DNA from: Pseudomonadota bacterium | Lineage (GTDB): Bacteria > Desulfobacterota > Desulfobacteria > Desulfobacterales > RPRI01 | NCBI GenBank assembly: GCA_043825875.1 | Contig: JBDRRF010000051.1 | Coordinates: 96,001 to 160,000, forward strand | DNA: 64,000 bases | Direction: 5' to 3' | In this document: in pieces, positions 57,558 through 64,000 of the stretch | Numbering within the stretch: position 1 is the first letter of the stretch | Layout: every line of letters begins with the position of its first letter | The notes under the pieces: model-generated | What the model was told of the DNA's origin: nothing | The model's input: the letters and a program-made list of their open reading frames with translations, nothing else | Databases searched by the model: none | Translations under genes and position numbers: made by a program

Positions 57558-59276
57558 TCATCCTGAGAAATAACCATATCCCAAATTTTCCTGCATTACC
57601 TTGGACATCTCTCCAGCTGTGGCCCCAGCTCTTGCAGCCTCAACCAAAGCCGGCATAAGTACGCCACCGGAACTTGGCCATTCTTTATCTACTTTAATTG
57701 CCGCTATCTTCACATTTTCCAAAGCAGCTTTTACTTTTTCGTTATCCCTGTTTGCTTTATATTTCTTGATTCGCTCAATGGCTTTCTCTTCGATTTCAAT
57801 GGGGCGTCTATATATATTCGGTTCAGGATTAGCTTCTTCAACACGGTATTTGTTTACACCAACCTTAACCAGTTCTCCTGACTGGATTTTATCAAAACGC
57901 TTGGCAGCCGCTTCTTGTACCTGCCCTCTTATCCAGCCGGACTCCCAGCATTTGAGATATCCGCCCATTTGATCCATCTGATCCATAATTTTAAGAATTT
58001 CCTGCTCCATTTGATTGGTCAGCCATTCAACGTAATATGAGCCTCCTAATGGATCTGTAACATGGGGAAGATCGGTCTCTTCCTGCAGGATCTGATATGT
58101 ACGGACACAAACCTTAACCGCTTCTTCTGTCGGAATACTTATAGCTTCATCATATGAAACTACCCACATTCCCTCAATATCAGCCATCATACCTGCCATA
58201 GTCATTACAGTAACTCGGATAATATTATTATATATTTCCTGGGCTGTAAGCTCGTTTCCAGCGGTCTGGGCTATAATTATTTTATGCCTGAGCGCATCCG
58301 GGTTGGTAACTCCAAATCTTTGAGCAAATATCTTGGCCCACAATCTCCTGGTAGCCCGCAACTTTGCCACTTCTTCAAAAAAGTTTTGACTAACGTGAGG
58401 ATGCCCCAAATACTTGGCAACCACGTCATTAGGATCAAGACCTACTTTTTGGCACTCCTCTACCGCAGCAATAGTGTGAGCCATGGCAAAAGCAACTTCC
58501 ATAGCAGGCGTTGCTCCTGATTCACCTAAATTGTAGCCATCAAAGGCACCAGGACAAGCAAGCGGCATATTATCTGCGTGCCACTTGATCAACTCGGTTG
58601 ACATCTTTAAGGCTGTCTTTGGTGGGTACCCGGCTGCATCCCAGAACTGCTGATGGTGAAACAGGTTGCAGGGCAGATTCCACATATCGGCAAGGTTTTC
58701 TTTTCGCCGGTCAAGAATATAAGCTGCAAACAGAGCGTTTATCGGAAGAGCGTTATCAATAGCAAGTAACGCTGTAAAAAGTTTTGTAATATCCAGACCA
58801 TCAAAATATTCAGCAAAGTCATCAATTGTGCTGAAAGAACATCCACACTCTCCAACCTTGCCTTTGGCTGCCGGATGATCAGGGTCCAATCCTCTCTGAG
58901 TTGGAAGATCTAATGTCATTACAGCTGTAACAAGCCCGCCCTGGGAACGACTTCCAAGACTCTGAAGAAACTCACGGCGCTCCCTGGTCTCCTCTGTGGT
59001 AGCAAACCCATATCCCTGATTCATAAGCATGGGTTCTACCTGATAATGAAAGGGATAATTACCGCGGGTAAAGGGGAAGTTCCCTGGTATTCCAACATCC
59101 TGAAAGTCAAGATCCTTTATATCATCCGGACCATAGCTTGGTTTCAGGGTTATGCCCGATAAGTTGGTAGCAGGAGGCGGAGGGGGTGGAATTGCTTCAG
59201 CAGGCATTGCCTTCATAGCAGCCATCAACTGTTCGTCCAAAAGTTGCTTTTTTTTCAAAGTATCATCAGTAAACAT
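57558..59276 (-). CDS. B12-dependent acyl-CoA mutase large subunit, atypical specificity
   Basis: PGNFPFTRG, DLPTQRGLD, FFEEVAKLRA, DEAISIPTE, DPLGGSYYVEWLT, VGVNKY. Confidence 0.9.
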   Translation of the reverse strand: MFTDDTLKKKQLLDEQLMAAMKAMPAEAIPPPPPPATNLSGITLKPSYGPDDIKDLDFQDVGIPGNFPFTRGNYPFHYQVEPMLMNQGYGFATTEETRERREFLQSLGSRSQGGLVTAVMTLDLPTQRGLDPDHPAAKGKVGECGCSFSTIDDFAEYFDGLDITKLFTALLAIDNALPINALFAAYILDRRKENLADMWNLPCNLFHHQQFWDAAGYPPKTALKMSTELIKWHADNMPLACPGAFDGYNLGESGATPAMEVAFAMAHTIAAVEECQKVGLDPNDVVAKYLGHPHVSQNFFEEVAKLRATRRLWAKIFAQRFGVTNPDALRHKIIIAQTAGNELTAQEIYNNIIRVTVMTMAGMMADIEGMWVVSYDEAISIPTEEAVKVCVRTYQILQEETDLPHVTDPLGGSYYVEWLTNQMEQEILKIMDQMDQMGGYLKCWESGWIRGQVQEAAAKRFDKIQSGELVKVGVNKYRVEEANPEPNIYRRPIEIEEKAIERIKKYKANRDNEKVKAALENVKIAAIKVDKEWPSSGGVLMPALVEAARAGATAGEMSKVMQENLGYGYFSG

Positions 59277-59449
59277 ATCTTAACCTCTCTTTTCACAAGG
59301 CTTAACCCCATGGATTAAATCTTTTCGATAAGAATTATCTCACGGGTATTTCAGTAACCATCTAAATTAATTAAGAGATAGAAGCACTTTTATGTAAAGA
59401 AGGAAGAGAACACTTTTATGGTTCCTCCTTATACATATATAAAAGGAAC

Positions 59450-59498
59450 AAGGGTTCCTGCGAAACGGTACAATCGGCTTCTTGTCACAGGAACCCTT
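59450..59498 (-). terminator. Hairpin, probable intrinsic terminator
   Basis: aagggttcctg...caggaaccctt between the oxidoreductase trio and the mutase. Confidence 0.55.
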
Positions 59499-59591
59499 TT
59501 TAAATCCGGCAACAAAACTTTATCCGGAACTTACGGTTTCAATACTACATTATATGAATTCTATCTCTGAATAATATTCAAACTCAAATAA

Positions 59592-61169
59592 TTATTCAGG
59601 CTCGCAGTATCCATGAGGATCTGAAGCAGTATTCGGATCAAAAACCCTCTTTATCTTTTTCATATACTTATGGAAACCATGAGCATGCGGGCTTGTCATA
59701 GTATGCGCCATTTCACCTGCATTTTCAAAGAACCCCAGCCCTACTCCTTCTGTAATAGCTGCGCCAACACTATCAAAGCCTAATTTAATAGCAGCTTTGG
59801 TTGACTCAATGTCAAAAGGATCATACTGATAAAGCGGTTCATGATGTGATCCGATAGTAGCTTGTTCATACAGGTTGGAACCCCACACATTGTGAACTTC
59901 CTGCAGGAACTGACCACCGTCTACATAAGGCTTCATTAATTTATCACCAAGGTAACTTCCAAAACAGGCATTGTCGATTGTATCATCACCTGTTGCAGCA
60001 CAGAAGAACGAACCTGTTCCGCGGAAAATACCTTTGATAATTTCTCCGCCCCACAGATGCCACCAATAATTGGAGCCAGCAGCATGAGGTACTTTTTCCA
60101 GATCTTCATCTATCCAGCCGCCTGTTTTTTCCAGAATCGCTTTCAAGCATTTTTCCTGGTATGCTATTTCTCCGTCACTGTGACCACCAAGTATTATTCC
60201 AAAAGCAAAGGCATTTTTCTGTAAAATACCTTTCTGCCACAGTTCATAGAATTCCTGGTTGGATTCCGTCATCATAGCGCCATGCCATGCTGCAACAGCC
60301 CTGTCGCCGGAATATGTCATTTCGGCTTCGGTAATCATATACTGGGCTTCATGCATATCATCCCATGATTTCCATGCGCAAATATATGAACTCATTCTCT
60401 CTGGAATGATAGGATCATAGCATGGAGATCTTCCGGTACTCTCGTGTTTGTCAGGACCGGGCCATGGATAAAGTTTAATCGAAATCTTGGTGAATGTTCC
60501 AAGAGCACCGAAGGAACCCATATAGCCTCTCATGATACCTCTGATGCCGGGGCCGGGGCCATCTGCGCTGAACCATTCGCCGCTTTGTCCCAATGATCCT
60601 AATTTTAACAATTCACCGGTAGACAATACCCATTCCACGCCTAAAATATTACGTGAGCTGTGGCTTGTGTTGATAGAACTTGGTCCCATACCGCAGCATG
60701 CTGCATGACTGGCAAGACTTGATGTTGTTGGTCCGGGTCCTATTACATGCGGGCGAAGTCCCTTTTTAATACACTCAACATGGAGCTGCCCAACTGCAAC
60801 GTAAGGCTCAATAACTGCAATCATGTTCTTTTCATCAATATCTATGATACGATTCATTCTTCTCATATCAAGAGCTATTGTGTCAGGACTTCCTGCTAAA
60901 GATCCCGGAAACCAGCCGGTACTAAAAGCATGAGATTTTATCCCATATTTATTGCATACCCTTTGAATAGCCTGGACCTCTTCGGTACATCCGGGAAGCA
61001 ACGCCGCTACCGGCCATTCAGGCATAAAGTATTCTTCAGCCGGAGTTTGCATATATGGCTGCACCATAAACACGTATGCATATCCAGCCAAATTAGCCGG
61101 CTCTTCTGATATGTTTTCCGGGCCTACTATATCTTCGAGTGCCCTGTAAGCTTCTCTTGTTAAAGCCAT
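59592..61169 (-). CDS. FAD-binding oxidoreductase (VAO/PCMH/GlcD family)
   Basis: LPGCTEEVQAI, LDMRRMNRIIDID, EWVLSTGELL, KIKRVFDPN. Confidence 0.82.
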   Translation of the reverse strand: MALTREAYRALEDIVGPENISEEPANLAGYAYVFMVQPYMQTPAEEYFMPEWPVAALLPGCTEEVQAIQRVCNKYGIKSHAFSTGWFPGSLAGSPDTIALDMRRMNRIIDIDEKNMIAVIEPYVAVGQLHVECIKKGLRPHVIGPGPTTSSLASHAACCGMGPSSINTSHSSRNILGVEWVLSTGELLKLGSLGQSGEWFSADGPGPGIRGIMRGYMGSFGALGTFTKISIKLYPWPGPDKHESTGRSPCYDPIIPERMSSYICAWKSWDDMHEAQYMITEAEMTYSGDRAVAAWHGAMMTESNQEFYELWQKGILQKNAFAFGIILGGHSDGEIAYQEKCLKAILEKTGGWIDEDLEKVPHAAGSNYWWHLWGGEIIKGIFRGTGSFFCAATGDDTIDNACFGSYLGDKLMKPYVDGGQFLQEVHNVWGSNLYEQATIGSHHEPLYQYDPFDIESTKAAIKLGFDSVGAAITEGVGLGFFENAGEMAHTMTSPHAHGFHKYMKKIKRVFDPNTASDPHGYCEPE

Positions 61170-61186
61170 CTCAAACCTCCTTATTA

Positions 61187-62470
61187 TTAAATTGCCTGCT
61201 CGACAAGCTCTATAATATCCAATATCTTGAGTGCATCACCCGAATCGTTGACAGCGTCAGAGAAATTACGTTCGCACCAGCCACATGCAGTTACCATTGC
61301 TTCTGCACCTGTTGTTTTTGCCTCGGTAACTCTCTCTTTGGCAACCCAGAGTGAATAGTCAGGATCAGAATCCATACATCCTCCGCCAGCACCGCAACAG
61401 AAACTGTATTCTTCAATTCTTTTCATCTCTGTAAGTTTTACACCCGGAATGCTTCTAAGAATTTCTCTTGGAGCATCATAAATACCATATTTTCCTCTAC
61501 GGAATACTTTCGGGGGATCATGCAAACAAAGCTGGCCCATTACCTTCTTTTCTACACCTTTCCAGGGTATCCAGTCTTCACCCAGTCTGCCAAGGTGGCA
61601 TGGGTCATGGTAGGTAACTCTCAAAGGAACATTCTTGGAGAATTTGAGCTTGCCTTCCTTGATAAGCTGAGCTATATATTCAGTAATATGAAGGACTTCA
61701 ATATCAAGCTTTTTACCTATTTTGTGATAAAGAACTTTAAAAGCATGGTAACAATCGGAACAGGAAACCACTATTTTCTTTACTCCTGCCGTCTTGAACA
61801 TACCCGCATTATTTTCGGAGAAACTCTCTATCTCGCCCTGATATCCCATTTCATAGGAACGGCCTCCGCAACATGCTTCTTCCATACCTAAGATACCTAC
61901 ATCAACACCGGCTTTTTGCAATACGGAAATAGCGGTTCTTGCAACCTTATGCAGACTTTCATCAAACGAAATCCTGCAACCGGCAAAGTAAAGGACCTCT
62001 GCTTTTTCCTTGGTAAGATCTTTTATCTTAAGGCCTTTAGCCCAATTGCCTCTGTCGGCCTTTTTGGCCTGCATCATGTTGTCTTCTGCTTTCAAACCTT
62101 CCATCACGGCCATCAGCTCCGGAACGAGCTGACCATCTTCAACACATTGAGCCCTTAATGCAAGCAACATTTCCTGAGGCTCCATATCACGGTTGGTTTT
62201 GCATGTTATATCACAGGCACCACACATCTGGCAGTGGTATATTATATCCAACCATCCATCTGTATATTCGATTTTATCTGTTACATATGCAAGTGCACTA
62301 TGATACCTTCCGGCGCCGGAATAAGCATGAAAGTTATGTTTTGAAATTGAGGGGCACACCTGAGCAAACTCTTGACCTGGACCTTTCTGCCAGGGAACCC
62401 ACTTACAATTGGAACACCTTTCACAGCGAACCATATCAGCTTTCCAATCTATTAATGCCATTTTTAACAC
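61187..62470 (-). CDS. Fe-S oxidoreductase with CCG domains (GlcF/GlpC/HdrD-like)
   Basis: CERCSNC, CQMCGACDITC, CCGG, YHDPCHLGR, CCGAGGG. Confidence 0.85.
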   Translation of the reverse strand: MLKMALIDWKADMVRCERCSNCKWVPWQKGPGQEFAQVCPSISKHNFHAYSGAGRYHSALAYVTDKIEYTDGWLDIIYHCQMCGACDITCKTNRDMEPQEMLLALRAQCVEDGQLVPELMAVMEGLKAEDNMMQAKKADRGNWAKGLKIKDLTKEKAEVLYFAGCRISFDESLHKVARTAISVLQKAGVDVGILGMEEACCGGRSYEMGYQGEIESFSENNAGMFKTAGVKKIVVSCSDCYHAFKVLYHKIGKKLDIEVLHITEYIAQLIKEGKLKFSKNVPLRVTYHDPCHLGRLGEDWIPWKGVEKKVMGQLCLHDPPKVFRRGKYGIYDAPREILRSIPGVKLTEMKRIEEYSFCCGAGGGCMDSDPDYSLWVAKERVTEAKTTGAEAMVTACGWCERNFSDAVNDSGDALKILDIIELVEQAI

Positions 62471-62485
62471 CTCCTTAAAAGCCTT

Positions 62486-63949
62486 CTAGAAACACAGTTT
62501 ACCAGGGTTCATAATTTTATTGGGGTCAAATATTGTTTTTACTTTTCTCAGGAAAGAGGCAGTTTCGCCATCTCTTCTGTAAACCATGTCTGACCAGGAG
62601 CCATATGGTCTGGAAAAGAATGCTCCCATATTAGCCAAAGCCATGCTATCATTAACAAGCCCCTTAACCTTATCCATCTCCGCCTTATTATTGCTGTCAC
62701 AATTTAAGTTGAATTCCACATGACAGCTGGTACCATTAACTGTCGGTTGTATATAAACACCTATATCATTCGGAGAAAAACCCTTGCTTTCAGCCTGAGC
62801 AGCCATAGCTTTTACAAAGTCAGGTGTATGGTCTAATGTAGTCAGGAAGAATATATCCCGACAGGATCCTTTGGCTTTATTTTTCCAATAAATCTCACCG
62901 GAAGGTTTAGCCAATGCGGCAGCTACATCATCAGCCGACAATCCACATGGAAGTGCTTCCAATGGGGTAAGACCATTTGCCTGTGCGGCATTTTTAATGT
63001 CTGTTACCTGGTAAGCCACTTTATCCTCAGGCATTACACCCCGACCCTCTGCACTGATAAAAAGAACATAGGGCGGTAACGCATCTTTTAGAGCTGCCAC
63101 TTCACTGCTGTCTTTAGCCATTATACAAGCAAGATTGTGGTTGTTTAAAATAAGGATGTCATCGCCAAGAAGTACCTTATGCATTTTATAAACAAGCCCT
63201 ATAAGGTCTTCTACTTTCTGGGCCGGAACAAAAAATGACTTCTTAAGTACAGGTTTTACTCTGCATTTTATTGATAACCAAGTCACAATACCCATAGTTC
63301 CCTGTGAGCCTTGTACAACTCTCTGAAAATCTGTCTGAGCAGGTCCCATAGGTCTTATCTGTGCCCTTTTGTTTTCCCACTGCTGAGCCAGAGTACCCGG
63401 TCCTGCAGCCGAACCTGTCATAAACAGATGGCCATCGCCGAAAATAACTTCCATACAAAGCAGCGGATCTTGCGGATCCCAGTGATGCCTAGGCATTGTA
63501 ATGGGTTCTCTTTCAAGATAACTGCCGACAACAGATTTCGTGCTGCGTGGAACAAGCGGCATATGAGCAGCCAAGCCTTCTTTATCAAGGGCTTCAATAA
63601 GCTCACCAAATGTTACGCCAGGTTCAACCATTGCAACACGGTTTCTTCGGTCAACTCTTATGATCTTTTTCATTCCGCTAAGATCAACAACAACTGCCCC
63701 ACCAGTACTGGGAACTGTATCACCCCTGTAGTGAGGTGCGCCAGAACTCACCGGAACAAGCGGTGTACCTGTTTCATTAGCCCACTTAATCAATTCCTGC
63801 ACCTCAGTATTTGTACTGGGCTTTACTACGCAAGAAGGTCGTACCGGGATAACAAAACTCTCATCCCCGGAATAGGCATCCAGGGTTTTCTGATCATCAA
63901 AAACATTGTTTTTGCCAATGATCTTCGTTAATTCATCTTTTTGAGCCAT
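62486..63949 (-). CDS. FAD-binding oxidoreductase (VAO/PCMH/GlcD family)
   Basis: VVKPS, LVPVSSG, VEPGVT, GSQGTMGIVT, FDPNKIMNPGKL. Confidence 0.85.
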   Translation of the reverse strand: MAQKDELTKIIGKNNVFDDQKTLDAYSGDESFVIPVRPSCVVKPSTNTEVQELIKWANETGTPLVPVSSGAPHYRGDTVPSTGGAVVVDLSGMKKIIRVDRRNRVAMVEPGVTFGELIEALDKEGLAAHMPLVPRSTKSVVGSYLEREPITMPRHHWDPQDPLLCMEVIFGDGHLFMTGSAAGPGTLAQQWENKRAQIRPMGPAQTDFQRVVQGSQGTMGIVTWLSIKCRVKPVLKKSFFVPAQKVEDLIGLVYKMHKVLLGDDILILNNHNLACIMAKDSSEVAALKDALPPYVLFISAEGRGVMPEDKVAYQVTDIKNAAQANGLTPLEALPCGLSADDVAAALAKPSGEIYWKNKAKGSCRDIFFLTTLDHTPDFVKAMAAQAESKGFSPNDIGVYIQPTVNGTSCHVEFNLNCDSNNKAEMDKVKGLVNDSMALANMGAFFSRPYGSWSDMVYRRDGETASFLRKVKTIFDPNKIMNPGKLCF

Positions 63950-64000
63950 AACTTATCTCCTCTTTAATTAAATAATGACTTTAACACAATTACCAACTTA

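Noticed and set aside
59277..59591. Cobalamin riboswitch upstream of the B12 mutase
   Set aside because: No B12-box or conserved core seen; only a terminator-like hairpin
42045..63949. Selenocysteine read-through in the redox genes
   Set aside because: ORFs are full length with ordinary Cys motifs; no truncation at an in-frame TGA is apparent

Overview
AT-rich bacterial chromosome segment. Gene content and intergenic repeat styles suggest an anaerobic Desulfobacterales-like organism; this is inference, not a marker-gene call. (1) 1-18.6 kb: housekeeping genes (thpR, DUF39 homocysteine synthesis enzyme, split purH, gmhA, selA, rfbB, pyrF, ExeA-like ATPase, AsmA). (2) About 18.6-24.7 kb: short co-oriented minus-strand genes separated by attC-like hairpins, with each cassette's two core sites complementary over 8-10 bp. 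This is an integron cassette array with no integrase in the window (CALIN). It carries two TA modules, two similar attI-like heads and a MITE inserted at an attC crossover point. (3) 25-41.7 kb: second ExeA-like gene, lysC-tsaE-nnr, a butyryl-CoA beta-oxidation set, MNT-HEPN TA, YeeE pair, RAYT remnants and several repeat families. (4) 42-64 kb, the most notable part: 17 co-oriented catabolic genes. They encode a FAD/Fe-S/FAD oxidoreductase trio, a B12 acyl-CoA mutase with non-canonical active-site motifs plus MeaB, a U32 (UbiU/V-like) pair, a GGR-family flavoprotein, a class I aryl-CoA reductase-like tetramer, an acetone-carboxylase/hydantoinase-type enzyme with a fused gamma-like domain, an amidohydrolase and an aryl-CoA ligase. 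This is a candidate undescribed anaerobic (hetero)aromatic degradation pathway.
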